From an uncultured Gammaproteobacteria bacterium (lineage in GTDB: Bacteria; Patescibacteriota; Microgenomatia; Levybacterales; UBA12049), in NCBI GenBank assembly GCA_964416505.1, contig CAYQEJ010000004.1, positions 59,331 to 123,330 on the forward strand: 64,000 bases of DNA. The letters are read 5' to 3'. The position numbers and the translations under genes are program-made. This document shows positions 40,319 to 49,453 of the stretch, one piece after another; positions within the stretch are counted from its first letter, which is position 1; every line of letters starts with the position of its first letter. The notes beneath the pieces were generated by a model. The model was not told the origin of the DNA. It did no database searches and worked only from the letters and a program-made list of their open reading frames with translations.

Positions 40319-40590
40319 TATTTAACCGCTTTTTTAAGAGTTTTTCCTGGAGTAAAACCTGGCGCGCGGCGGGCAGGTAGTGTTATTTTTTCTCCTGTTT
40401 TCGGATTCCTTCCTGGACGTTCTGATCTATTTCTAATACTGAAAGTTCCAAAACCAGTTATTACCACTTTCTCTCCTTTTTTAAGTGAATCTCTAATACC
40501 ATTGAGCATAGCCGTAACTGAATCATTTGCGGCTTTATTTGTTAAATTTGCTTTCTTAGCAACATGCACTATCAAATCTTTTTTAGTCAT
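40318..40590 (-). CDS. hup: DNA-binding protein HU.
   Basis: MTKKDLIVHVAKKANLTNKAANDSVTAMLNGI...GFGTFSIRNRSERPGRNPKTGE is an HU/IHF fold signature. Confidence 0.9.
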   Translation of the reverse strand: MTKKDLIVHVAKKANLTNKAANDSVTAMLNGIRDSLKKGEKVVITGFGTFSIRNRSERPGRNPKTGEKITLPARRAPGFTPGKTLKKAVK

Positions 40591-40667
40591 ACAAATCACC
40601 TACCTCTAAAGTTGAAAAAGAAAAACGAAGAATGCTCAATCAGACTTACAATACAATGCAATCAAAT

Positions 40668-40681
40668 AGCTTGTCAAGAGG
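40668..40681 (-). promoter_or_regulatory. Promoter-like motif upstream of hup. The minus strand reads CCCTCTTGACAAGC, which contains a -35 TTGACA.
   Basis: A near-identical motif lies upstream of the major pilin gene. The spacing to a TATTGT -10 candidate is 17-18 nt. Confidence 0.35.
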
Positions 40682-40689
40682 GATGAAAT

Positions 40690-41946
40690 TTACTCATTTC
40701 CCGAGACCGCGCGGAATTCTCTAATAGCAGTGACTTTCACTTCTCCTGGAATTGCTAAAGATCTACTTACTTCTTCTCTTATTTTATCAGCAATAAGTGT
40801 TGTTTCTGAATCATTCAACTTACCAGGATTAATGATCACCCGAAGCTCTCTTCCAGCTTCAAAAGCATAAGCATCCTCTACTCCATCATATTTCTTAGCG
40901 ATATCCTCCATCTCAGAAAGCCTTACACCATATTCCTCTATGTCTTCGTAACGCGCACCAGGTCTTGCTCCAGAAATTTGATCAGCGATATGAACAATTA
41001 CAGATTCGACTGATGAAAAAGGCTTATCCTCATGATGCTCAGCAACACAATTGATAATAGGTTCAGGAATATTATGCTTTTTAAGCAAATCTACTCCTAA
41101 TTTAACATGGCTTCCTTCTCCTGGAACGACCTTTCCAATATCATGAAGCATACAGGCGATCCTCACTATATTTACATCTGCTTTAATTTCTTCAGCGATA
41201 TGAGTTCCTATTTTTGCTGTTTCGAGCAAATGAAGTGTTAAGTTTTGACCATATGATGTTCTGAACTTTGCTCTTCCTAAAACTGCGATAAGATCTGCTG
41301 GAAGATTAAATACACCTACTTCATGTGAAAGTTTTTCTCCTTCTTCAAACATAATCTTCTCAACTTCTTTTTTTGTTTCTTCAACTATTTCTTCTATCCT
41401 AAAAGGCTGAACTCTAGTATCCTTAATAAGCTTCTCAAGTGATCTTCTGGCAATTTCACGTCTGACTTGATCAAAAGATGAAAGCCTAATCACTCCTTCC
41501 TCATCTAAGTCCACATCGACACCCGTAGCCTGTTCAAAAGCCCTAATATTTCTTCCTTCTTTCCCTATTATTCTTCCTTTTATTTCTTCATCAGGAATTC
41601 TAACGATAGAGACTGTATATTCTGGAATATAACTAACGGCACCATGGCGCATTGATTCCACTACTATCTCTTGCGCTCTTTTATCTGCAGTTCTTTTTGC
41701 CTCTTCTTCTCTTTCTCTAATTATTTTTGCTAAAATCTGCGCTTCTTTTTCTTCTATTTGGAGAAGTAACTCCTTCTTTGCCTCCTCTGAAGTTAACCCT
41801 GAAACTTTTTGAAGTTTTTCTATGTATTCATCTTTTTTATCTGCAATTTGCTTTTTTTCGCGCTCCAAATCTTCCCGCGCTTCATCGAGTTTTTCTTGTC
41901 TTTCTATTAATTTTTTTTCTAATTGGATTAAATCTTGATCAGCCAT
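40690..41946 (-). CDS. rny: Ribonuclease Y (KH + HD domain endoribonuclease). It lacks the usual N-terminal TM helix.
   Basis: An N-terminal coiled coil precedes a KH motif (IGKEGRNIRAFE) and an HD domain (HLLETAKIG...MLHDIGK). Confidence 0.8.
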   Translation of the reverse strand: MADQDLIQLEKKLIERQEKLDEAREDLEREKKQIADKKDEYIEKLQKVSGLTSEEAKKELLLQIEEKEAQILAKIIREREEEAKRTADKRAQEIVVESMRHGAVSYIPEYTVSIVRIPDEEIKGRIIGKEGRNIRAFEQATGVDVDLDEEGVIRLSSFDQVRREIARRSLEKLIKDTRVQPFRIEEIVEETKKEVEKIMFEEGEKLSHEVGVFNLPADLIAVLGRAKFRTSYGQNLTLHLLETAKIGTHIAEEIKADVNIVRIACMLHDIGKVVPGEGSHVKLGVDLLKKHNIPEPIINCVAEHHEDKPFSSVESVIVHIADQISGARPGARYEDIEEYGVRLSEMEDIAKKYDGVEDAYAFEAGRELRVIINPGKLNDSETTLIADKIREEVSRSLAIPGEVKVTAIREFRAVSGNE

Positions 41947-42094
41947 AAACTAAGAATAAAAAGAAATTCGGAAATAAATCCGGAAGCTTATCCTTCTATC
42001 AAATTGAGGTATAAATTAGATTTCATAATCCTCTTTTGACAATTTCTTCTTGTCTAATGCGTATTATATTACTTATGCTTTAGAAAATCAAAGT

Positions 42095-42125
42095 TAGCCT
42101 CGCAAGGCCAGGCCTTGCGAGGCTA
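42095..42125. repeat. GC-rich perfect palindrome TAGCCTCGCAAGGCC-a-GGCCTTGCGAGGCTA, repeat family copy 1. It lies downstream of recX.
   Basis: 15-bp perfect arms. Near-identical copies occur at 62621 and 63651. The GC-rich element stands out against an AT-rich background. Confidence 0.85.
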
Positions 42126-42152
42126 ATGAAATACAATTCTTTAATTAAAAAT

Positions 42153-42626
42153 CTAGGAAAATATTTTTTTAACTATATCATAAGAAAAACCTTTTCTAAG
42201 TAAATAATTCATTACTTTCTCATGTCTTTTTTTAGGCTCCAAAGCTCTATAGAAATCCAATTTCTTTTCAGCTAACTTTTTAGCACTTTCGTAATCTATA
42301 TCTTTATTTTCTCGATCTTCAAGCAACTCGCTTACTAAACTTTGTGAAATCCCCTTCTGACTTAATTCATACCTAATAACCCTAAGGGGCCTGTTTCTAA
42401 ACTGCGTTCTCTGTTTTATCCAAAATTTTGCAAACTCTAGATCATTTATAAATTTGTATTCTTGAAGCTTAGACATAATTGAAAAAATCATCTCATCTGT
42501 TAATCCTGGAGATTTTTTCTGCTTTTCTTTTAGATAATCTAGAACTTCTTTTTCACTACGAGGCCTATATGAGAGGTATCTAAGAGACAGATTGTAATAG
42601 CGGGCAAAAATGATATCCGTGTCCAT
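42153..42626 (-). CDS. recX: Recombination regulator RecX.
   Basis: RecX repeat helices are present (YLSYRPRSEKEVLDYLKEK), and the gene immediately follows recA. Confidence 0.8.
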   Translation of the reverse strand: MDTDIIFARYYNLSLRYLSYRPRSEKEVLDYLKEKQKKSPGLTDEMIFSIMSKLQEYKFINDLEFAKFWIKQRTQFRNRPLRVIRYELSQKGISQSLVSELLEDRENKDIDYESAKKLAEKKLDFYRALEPKKRHEKVMNYLLRKGFSYDIVKKIFS

Positions 42627-43718
42627 TTAAGATTCTTCACTATCAGAATCTTCATCGTTTTCAACTCCCACTTCGACAGGGGTTCCGTCTGATTTATTTT
42701 TCTTCATAATCTCATCTGTAATCTTTTTTGCCAGATTTGGATTTTCTTTCAAATAGTCCTTCGTTGCTTCTTTTCCTTGACCTAACATATCTTCCCCATA
42801 TCTATAAAACGCCCCTGATTTATTAATAATCCCCATCTCAACTCCCACATCTACAATTGCTCCTTCACGAGAAATCCCACCCTGCATAACATCATATTCT
42901 GCAATTCTAAAAGGCGAGGAAACTTTATTTTTTACTATTTTTACTCTATGACGAGATCCAATTACCTTATCTCCATCTTTTAAAGTTTCTATTTTTCTAG
43001 AATCAAGACGTACTGAAGCATAAAATTTAAGCGCTAAACCTCCAGTTGTAGTTTCTGGATTTCCAAACATGACCCCAATTTTTTGCCTTAGCTGATTAGT
43101 AAAAATTACAACTGTTTTAGACTTAGAAATCACTCCGGTAAGCTTTCTTAAAGCTTGAGACATAAGCCTAGCCTGAAGACCTACCATAGCATCTCCCATT
43201 TCTCCTTCTATTTCTGCCCTTGGGACAAGCGCCGCGACTGAATCAATTACTAAGACATCAATTCCCCCGGATCTAATAAGGCTTTCTGCAATTTCCAGTG
43301 CTTGCTCTCCAGTGTCTGGTTGAGAAATTAATAAGTCATCTAACTTCACACCAATTGTTTCTGCCCAAATCGGATCCAGCGCATGCTCTGCATCAATAAA
43401 TGCTGCTACTCCGCCTGTTTTCTGAGCTTCAGCAATCAAAGACAATGCTAAAGTGGTTTTTCCAGAAGCTTCTGGTCCATAGATTTCAATTATTCTACCT
43501 CTTGGAAGCCCACCAACTCCCAGCGCTATGTCCACAGGAAGAATTCCTGTGGGAATTACCTGGATATCTAGCTTCTGAGCTGCTTCCCCCATACGCATGA
43601 TAGAACCTCTACCATACTGCTTTTCAATTTGCTCCATAGCCATCCTAACTGCGTCAAGCTTTGCGGATTGCTCTACTTTTTCAACTGCTGGAAGTGGATT
43701 TTTTGCGGTCCTTGCCAT
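42627..43718 (-). CDS. recA: Recombinase RecA.
   Basis: [19 protein letters not shown] is a RecA Walker A. The L1/L2 loops are present, and there is an acidic C-terminal tail. Confidence 0.95.
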   Translation of the reverse strand: MARTAKNPLPAVEKVEQSAKLDAVRMAMEQIEKQYGRGSIMRMGEAAQKLDIQVIPTGILPVDIALGVGGLPRGRIIEIYGPEASGKTTLALSLIAEAQKTGGVAAFIDAEHALDPIWAETIGVKLDDLLISQPDTGEQALEIAESLIRSGGIDVLVIDSVAALVPRAEIEGEMGDAMVGLQARLMSQALRKLTGVISKSKTVVIFTNQLRQKIGVMFGNPETTTGGLALKFYASVRLDSRKIETLKDGDKVIGSRHRVKIVKNKVSSPFRIAEYDVMQGGISREGAIVDVGVEMGIINKSGAFYRYGEDMLGQGKEATKDYLKENPNLAKKITDEIMKKNKSDGTPVEVGVENDEDSDSEES

Positions 43719-43776
43719 GTCAAAATAATAGACTACATTTCAGTAAAATTCAAGAACCGATTTCGTAAGAGATTAG

Positions 43777-43847
43777 TCGGGGTGCCGAGAATCGAACTTG
43801 GACCACACGGCCCCCAGCCGCGCATTCTACCACTAAACTACACCCCG
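43777..43847 (-). tRNA. tRNA-Pro (anticodon GGG).
   Basis: Manual fold: acceptor CGGGGUG/CACCCCG, anticodon stem CGCGG/CCGUG with loop CUGGGGG (U33, G37), T-loop UUCGAUU, discriminator A. No CCA is encoded. Confidence 0.75.
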
Positions 43848-43909
43848 AAATCACAAGTATTTTACCATAAATTTGTTCTTTAGCCTCCTCTCAAGTATAA
43901 TTAACTACC

Positions 43910-44656
43910 ATGAATGATCTTTCTGAAAAAAGAAAAGAAGCTATAAAAAAATATCCCAAACTAGGAGAAGTGTCCGATGAAAATTTTCCTAAACATATTT
44001 TTATAATTCCTGATGGAAACAGAAGGTATGCTTCGAAAAACAATAAACCTGCATTTTGGGGACATGAAAAAGGATTTAAAGTAGCAATTAATTTACTTAG
44101 ATTTTTCAGACCATTTCCGATAAAAACAGTGACACTTTGGGGTTTTTCTTCTGACAATTGGAAAAGAGACACTGGGGAAATTAAGAATCTCATGCGAATC
44201 TTCGGATTCATAATAGACAACTACTTAGATGAAATTAAGGAGTACAACTCCAGATTTGTTCATCTCGGGAGACGCGATAGATTACCAAAAAATCTGCTTA
44301 ATAAGATAGAAAAGGCTGAGAGAGAAACTAAGAATAATACTGGTCAGATTGTCTGTCTGGCGCTGGACTTCGGCGGAGAAGACTCTAACGTAAGAAGCGC
44401 TTTAAAAGCCAGGCAAACAAACTTTGAAATAAATGAAGAAACGATTTGGAAATTAAGAGACACTGAAGGCTTAATAAGATCAGCAGATTTAATCTTTAGA
44501 ACCAGCGAAAAAAGAACATCTGATGTGGGTTTTCTGAACGGAAAACACTCTGTATTGTTTTTTGCAGAAGATAAATTATTCCCTGAAGTAACTGAAGATG
44601 ACCTAGCAGATGCAATTTATTATTATTCACAAACAAAAAGAAACGAAGGAAAATGA
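43910..44656 (+). CDS. uppS: Undecaprenyl (isoprenyl) diphosphate synthase.
   Basis: IPDGNRRYA is a cis-prenyltransferase signature. A second conserved region ...FRTS... is present. Confidence 0.85.
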   Translation: MNDLSEKRKEAIKKYPKLGEVSDENFPKHIFIIPDGNRRYASKNNKPAFWGHEKGFKVAINLLRFFRPFPIKTVTLWGFSSDNWKRDTGEIKNLMRIFGFIIDNYLDEIKEYNSRFVHLGRRDRLPKNLLNKIEKAERETKNNTGQIVCLALDFGGEDSNVRSALKARQTNFEINEETIWKLRDTEGLIRSADLIFRTSEKRTSDVGFLNGKHSVLFFAEDKLFPEVTEDDLADAIYYYSQTKRNEGK

Positions 44657-45195
44657 TGCTTAATTATTACAAACAAAAGCAACTTATTGCTAAAGTTGAC
44701 GAGAAAGGAAATATATTAGGAGAGATTGAAAAATGGGAAGCACATAAAAATGGAATTCTTCATAAAGCTATAACAGTAACAATTTTTTTTAATAATAAAC
44801 TCATAATCCAACATAGGCGACATCCAGCTTTTGACAAAACTTACGACGTAACCTCATCTTCACACCAGCTATTTATAAAAGGAAAGCTCCAAACTAGTAA
44901 AGATACAGCAAGAGATTGTTTAAAAAGAGAATGGAATCTTAACGAAGATCAATATTCTAATTTAAAAAATCTTGGATCAATATACTATAAAGCAAAGGAT
45001 CCCAATAGCGAATTTACAGAACATGAGATTTGTGACGTTTTAACAGTGGAAGTAAATAGTAAACCTGAACCAAACTTAGATTTTTCCTATGACGCTCTCT
45101 TGGTAAGTCTCGAAGAATTAAAAAATAAAGATTCGAGGATTTTTAAAAACCTTGCACCGTGGGTAAAGGTAATGATAGAAGAAGGAAAAATTTAA
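44653..45195 (+). CDS. Nudix-fold protein resembling type 1 isopentenyl-diphosphate isomerase. The catalytic Cys is not evident.
   Basis: EKWEAHKNGILHKAITVTIFFNNKLIIQHRRHPAFDKTYDVTSSSH parallels IDI-1 ...AH..G.LHRAFS..LFN...LLLQRR....W.NTCCSHP. It overlaps uppS by 4 nt. Confidence 0.4.
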   Translation: MMLNYYKQKQLIAKVDEKGNILGEIEKWEAHKNGILHKAITVTIFFNNKLIIQHRRHPAFDKTYDVTSSSHQLFIKGKLQTSKDTARDCLKREWNLNEDQYSNLKNLGSIYYKAKDPNSEFTEHEICDVLTVEVNSKPEPNLDFSYDALLVSLEELKNKDSRIFKNLAPWVKVMIEEGKI

Positions 45196-45665
45196 CGTTT
45201 TGGAGATTGTTTTTGTCTTCTTGCTTTTCCGCCAGTTCCAACTTTTCTTCTCTCCCTAACTCTTTGATCACGAGTTAATAATCCTTTTTTTCGAAGCACT
45301 GGCTTTACTCCCTCATCAATTGCAGCTAAAGCTCTAGAAAGACCTAAAACAAAAGCTCCAAGTTGAGATGCAGTTCCTCCACCGACTACTCTTGCTGTAA
45401 TAGCATACTTATTCAATGCATCTGCTAATTTAAGTGGTTCTTCATATGTAGCTTTTGCTACAACTCCACTAAAATATTCAGAAATATTTCTTCCGTTAAC
45501 AACTAAATCGCCTTTCTTAACTTCGTATTCTTCAAATTTTAGAGCATCTGGAACTTTAGAATAGACTCTAACACGAGCCACTGCTGCTCTTCTTCGTCCT
45601 ACAGCAAACATAAATTCCTTATATTTTTTTGTTCCCCCAACTTGTGTTTTTAATTCTTCTGCCAT
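45192..45665 (-). CDS. rpsI: 30S ribosomal protein S9.
   Basis: GRRRAAVARVRV... and a C-terminal basic tail ending KR are present. Confidence 0.9.
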   Translation of the reverse strand: MAEELKTQVGGTKKYKEFMFAVGRRRAAVARVRVYSKVPDALKFEEYEVKKGDLVVNGRNISEYFSGVVAKATYEEPLKLADALNKYAITARVVGGGTASQLGAFVLGLSRALAAIDEGVKPVLRKKGLLTRDQRVRERRKVGTGGKARRQKQSPKR

Positions 45666-45667
45666 AT

Positions 45668-46090
45668 TTAGTTTGTACCTTTCTTTGTAAATTTATCTGA
45701 AAATGTATGCTCAACTCCACCAAATACCTTAAGTCTTCCTAGCATTTCATCCCTTAATTTGTTTTGAGGAAGCATTCCTTTTACAGCGTGAACTATTATA
45801 TCAGAAGATTTTCTATTTCTAAGCTCTCCAAGCGTTTCTTCTTTAAATCCTCCTGGATATCCAGAATGTCTTCTGTAAACTTTTTTTGTTTCTTTATTTC
45901 CTGTAACTGCAACTTTATCTGAATTTATTACAACTACAAAATCTCCGCAGTCTAAGTTCTTAACAAAGTATGGTTTACCTTTTCCCATTAAAAGTCCTGC
46001 AATTTCAGTTGACGTTCTACCTAGATTTTTACCATCTACATCAATCAAATGCCACACTCTTTTTATTTCTGCTGCTCTTGTTGCTTTCAT
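45668..46090 (-). CDS. rplM: 50S ribosomal protein L13.
   Basis: WHLIDVDGKNLGRTSTEIAGLLMGKGKPYF... Confidence 0.9.
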   Translation of the reverse strand: MKATRAAEIKRVWHLIDVDGKNLGRTSTEIAGLLMGKGKPYFVKNLDCGDFVVVINSDKVAVTGNKETKKVYRRHSGYPGGFKEETLGELRNRKSSDIIVHAVKGMLPQNKLRDEMLGRLKVFGGVEHTFSDKFTKKGTN

Positions 46091-46572
46091 TATTTAGTTT
46101 TCCCTTCTGTTTTCTTTGCTGGTTTCTTAACTGTCTTTACCTTAACTGCTTTAGCTTTTACTTCCTTGGGTTTAGCTTCTTTCTTTGATTCTTTAGCTTC
46201 TACTTTCGGAGCAACTGCTTCGCCCTCCACCCATTCCATTATAACCATCGATGCATTATCATTAAATCTATTTCCCGCTCTTACAATCCTTGTATATCCT
46301 CCAGCTCTATTCTTAAATCTTGGTGCAATATCTGAAATCATCTTATCTAGCTCATGCTTTTTAAGGCTACCTGATAAAAGTCTTCTTGCGTTGATTTCTT
46401 CTTTCTTCGCCTTTGTAACCATTTTTTCTAGATCAGCTCTTATGGATTTTGCTTTTTCCTCTGTTGTACTTATTTTTCCATACATTATCATAGAAGAAAT
46501 AAGACCATTAAATAAGGCTTTTCTTTCATTTGAATCTCTTTTAAATTTTCTACCAAAAACTTGTTTTCTCAT
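46090..46572 (-). CDS. rplQ: 50S ribosomal protein L17, with a Lys/Glu/Ala-rich C-terminal extension.
   Basis: MRKQVFGRKFKRDSNERKALFNGLISSMIMYGKISTTEEKAK; the C-terminal roughly 45 aa are highly basic. Confidence 0.9.
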   Translation of the reverse strand: MRKQVFGRKFKRDSNERKALFNGLISSMIMYGKISTTEEKAKSIRADLEKMVTKAKKEEINARRLLSGSLKKHELDKMISDIAPRFKNRAGGYTRIVRAGNRFNDNASMVIMEWVEGEAVAPKVEAKESKKEAKPKEVKAKAVKVKTVKKPAKKTEGKTK

Positions 46573-46580
46573 AATCTAAA

Positions 46581-46678
46581 AAATCCGAAGCTCGAAATCA
46601 GAAATACGAAACAATTTTCAAAACTTTAATCTTTCAAAATTTTTTTGTTTCGAGTTTCGAAATTCGAATTTCGGATTT
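46581..46678. repeat. Long imperfect inverted repeat (about 32-nt arms) in the rpoA-rplQ spacer.
   Basis: The arm aaatccgaagctcgaaatcagaaatacgaaac matches the reverse complement of gtttcgagtttcgaaattcgaatttcggattt at about 75% identity. Confidence 0.5.
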
Positions 46679-46681
46679 ATA

Positions 46682-47605
46682 TTAGGCAGACAGCTCTATC
46701 CCTTTTTCTTTAAGCTTATCTTCAATTATAGAGATAGATTTTCCTCCCATATTTCTCATAGAAATAAGGTCTTTTCTAGGAGCTTCTACTAGCTGTCCAA
46801 TTGTTTCAATTCCGCCATTCCTTAGAGAATTATAAATTCTGGTTGGAAGATCCAATTCATCTATTGTTAATTTAAGTGTAGTATCTGGGATATCAGATCT
46901 AGATGAATCTGACTCAGAAACTACTTCTGTTTTTGGATCAAATATTTGATGGAAGTATGAATTAAGATTTCTAGCTGCATAATCAAGAGCTTCTTTTGGA
47001 GATACTACTCCATTTGTCCAAATATGAAGCGTAAGTTTATCTAAATTAGTTTGTCTTCCAACACGAGTTGCTGAAACTGTATAATTAACTCTTTTTACTG
47101 GTGTAAAAATAGCATCAGTTGGAATCACTCCAAGAGATGAGCTTCTTCTTTCTTCGGAAAGAGAATAACTAAATCCCCTCTCAATAGTCATTTCAAGATC
47201 TAATTTTCCTTTCTTATCTGCAAGTGTTCCTATGTAATGATCTGGATTTGCAATCTCTACATCTTCAGGGAGATCTAAATCCTTTGCGGTAATTTCTTTT
47301 GGACCTTTTACTGATAACTTAACTACGCTTTGATCTTTTGAATTTAGAAGTTTAAAGTTAAGCCCTTTTATATTTAATAAAAGGTCAATAACATTTTCCT
47401 TAACCCCAGGAATAGTAGAGAATCTATGCTTTGCTCCTCCGATCTTAACTGAAGTTACTGCAACTCCGGGCATAGAGATTAGAAGAACGCGTCTAAGAGC
47501 TGTTCCCAATGTATGTCCGTAACCTGGCTCTAAAGGTTCTATTACGAACTCTCCGTAGTCAGCTGTCAACTTTTCTTCTTTAATTTTAAAGGTTGGTTCT
47601 GTCAT
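46682..47605 (-). CDS. rpoA: DNA-directed RNA polymerase alpha subunit. The C-terminal domain is short.
   Basis: The N-terminal domain has ...EPLEPGYGHTLGTALRRVLL.... A C-terminal helix-hairpin-helix (alpha-CTD) is present. Confidence 0.9.
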   Translation of the reverse strand: MTEPTFKIKEEKLTADYGEFVIEPLEPGYGHTLGTALRRVLLISMPGVAVTSVKIGGAKHRFSTIPGVKENVIDLLLNIKGLNFKLLNSKDQSVVKLSVKGPKEITAKDLDLPEDVEIANPDHYIGTLADKKGKLDLEMTIERGFSYSLSEERRSSSLGVIPTDAIFTPVKRVNYTVSATRVGRQTNLDKLTLHIWTNGVVSPKEALDYAARNLNSYFHQIFDPKTEVVSESDSSRSDIPDTTLKLTIDELDLPTRIYNSLRNGGIETIGQLVEAPRKDLISMRNMGGKSISIIEDKLKEKGIELSA

Positions 47606-47622
47606 AAAGAATTATTTTACCA

Positions 47623-48225
47623 TTATCTTGAATAATATTCAATAATCAACTGTGTATTGAAAGGGACCTCTAGATCGTCTTTTTTTGGCGCTTTTAAAAG
47701 TTTTCCTACGCTTCCTTTACGCTCAACAAATGCAACCAAATCCTGTCTTTCTTCCATAGCCTGTAATATTAATGGATTGGCTTGTGATTTTTCCCTTAGC
47801 GAAATAACATCGTCAACTTTAACCTGATATGAAGGAATGTTTACTCTTTTATCGTTTACTAAAACATGACCATGAGAAACTAATTGTCTTGCTCCAGCAC
47901 GTGATCTAGAAAATCCAAGTCTATATACGATGTTATCCAGCCTAGTTTCTAAAAGAGAAACCAAAAGCTCGCCCGTTTCATCTGTTTGATTTTCTGCATA
48001 TTTAAAAAGCTTTTTAAATTGCTTTTCCATAATGCCATACATTGCTTTTGCTTTTTGTTTTTCTCTTAACTGTTCTCCGTATTCAGAAAGTCTCTTTTTT
48101 CTTTTTCTTGCATGCTGTCCTGGTGGGATATTTAATCTTCTGGATAAGGTATTTGATGTCTTATCTAAAAGATTTATTCCTTCGCGTCTAGATAATTTAT
48201 GTTTTGGTCCTGTATATCTTGCCAT
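47623..48225 (-). CDS. rpsD: 30S ribosomal protein S4.
   Basis: MARYTGPKHKLSRREG... and an S4 domain are present. Confidence 0.95.
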   Translation of the reverse strand: MARYTGPKHKLSRREGINLLDKTSNTLSRRLNIPPGQHARKRKKRLSEYGEQLREKQKAKAMYGIMEKQFKKLFKYAENQTDETGELLVSLLETRLDNIVYRLGFSRSRAGARQLVSHGHVLVNDKRVNIPSYQVKVDDVISLREKSQANPLILQAMEERQDLVAFVERKGSVGKLLKAPKKDDLEVPFNTQLIIEYYSR

Positions 48226-48227
48226 AA

Positions 48228-48626
48228 TTAAATTCTTCTTTTCTTACTTGCTCTTGGTCCATTATGTGGAATTGGTGTCGTATCTGCGATTTGAATAATT
48301 GAAAGACCCGCACCTTTAATTGCTCGAAGCGCTGAATCTCTTCCCGCGCCTGGTCCTTTAATATAAACTTCTACGCTTTTTAGTCCCCCTGCTATAGCTT
48401 TTTTTGCAACTGATTCAACAGCTGTACTAGCTGCAAAAGGAGTAGATTTTCTGGTTCCTTTAAATCCGCTTGCTCCAGCCGAAGACCATCCGATCGTATC
48501 GCCTTTATTATTTGTGAAAGTTACTAGCGTATTATTAAATGTTGCAGTTATATAAACCTTACCGTTTTCAGTAATTCTATTAACTTTTTTCTTTGTTGTT
48601 ACTTTTTTTGTTGCTTCTTTTGCCAT
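48228..48626 (-). CDS. rpsK: 30S ribosomal protein S11.
   Basis: ...[17 protein letters not shown]...[13 protein letters not shown]... Confidence 0.95.
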   Translation of the reverse strand: MAKEATKKVTTKKKVNRITENGKVYITATFNNTLVTFTNNKGDTIGWSSAGASGFKGTRKSTPFAASTAVESVAKKAIAGGLKSVEVYIKGPGAGRDSALRAIKGAGLSIIQIADTTPIPHNGPRASKKRRI

Positions 48627-48631
48627 ATTTA

Positions 48632-49024
48632 TTATTCAGATAATCCCATTTTTACTGCTACTTCTTTTTTAATTGCTCCGATTGTTACTCTCTTTCCTCT
48701 TTTTGTTCTTGCATTTGATCTTGTTCTTTGTCCTCTGGATGGTAGATTTCTAGCATGCCTCATTCCTCTGTAGGCTCCAATATCTCTTAATCTCCTAATA
48801 TTTGCATTAACTTCAGTTCTTAAATCTCCTTCAGTTTTATATGTCTCAAGAGCCTGCTGAATCATTTTTTGCTCTTCTTCTGTTAATGCTTTAACTCTTT
48901 TTGATCCATCAACTTTAGCTTTTTCAAGAATTTCATAAACATTTTTTCTTCCAACCCCATAAATATAGCCTAATGCTATTTCTAATTTCTTTTCATCTGG
49001 TATGTTTACTCCTGAAATTCTCAT
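48632..49024 (-). CDS. rpsM: 30S ribosomal protein S13.
   Basis: [25 protein letters not shown]... Confidence 0.95.
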   Translation of the reverse strand: MRISGVNIPDEKKLEIALGYIYGVGRKNVYEILEKAKVDGSKRVKALTEEEQKMIQQALETYKTEGDLRTEVNANIRRLRDIGAYRGMRHARNLPSRGQRTRSNARTKRGKRVTIGAIKKEVAVKMGLSE

Positions 49025-49027
49025 AAT

Positions 49028-49141
49028 TTAACCTTGTCTTTGCTTATGTCTAGGATTATCACAGATAACCCTTACGACTCCACGTCTTTTAATAACTTTA
49101 CATTTTGAACATCTTGGACCAATACTTGCTTGAACTTTCAT
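49028..49141 (-). CDS. rpmJ: 50S ribosomal protein L36. It is not in the ORF track and was found by manual translation.
   Basis: The minus strand translates to [37 protein letters not shown], a perfect match to the L36 pattern (C..C...C..H zinc ribbon). It lies between infA and rpsM. Confidence 0.9.
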   Translation of the reverse strand: MKVQASIGPRCSKCKVIKRRGVVRVICDNPRHKQRQG

Positions 49142-49142
49142 A

Positions 49143-49361
49143 TTACTTTAACCTAAAGGTTATCCTTCCTTTTGATTCATCATATGGCGTCATCTCTACT
49201 CTCACCCTGTCTCCAGGAAGAATTTTTATAAAATGCATCCGCATTTTTCCAGACAAATGACAAATGATTATTTTGCCATCCGGAAGCTCAACTCTAAATA
49301 ATGTATTAGGCAGAGATTCCAAAACTTTTCCTTCAACTTCAAATGACCCCTGATGCGCCAT
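49143..49361 (-). CDS. infA: Translation initiation factor IF-1.
   Basis: ...[52 protein letters not shown]... Confidence 0.95.
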   Translation of the reverse strand: MAHQGSFEVEGKVLESLPNTLFRVELPDGKIIICHLSGKMRMHFIKILPGDRVRVEMTPYDESKGRITFRLK

Positions 49362-49453
49362 AAATATTAAACGATAGATCTAGAAGATAGACTCCTATTT
49401 CTACCGTCGTTATTGTGCCCTCAATTATAGCAAAACAGGCTCGAAAGAGCAAG

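Noticed and set aside
43629-44220. An 84-aa plus-strand and a 109-aa minus-strand ORF around the tRNA-Pro and uppS.
   Set aside because: They overlap a confidently folded tRNA and the uppS coding frame, and have no coding features.
46049-46579. A 176-aa plus-strand ORF.
   Set aside because: It is antisense to rplQ/rplM, of low complexity and Cys/Phe-rich. It is a spurious shadow ORF.
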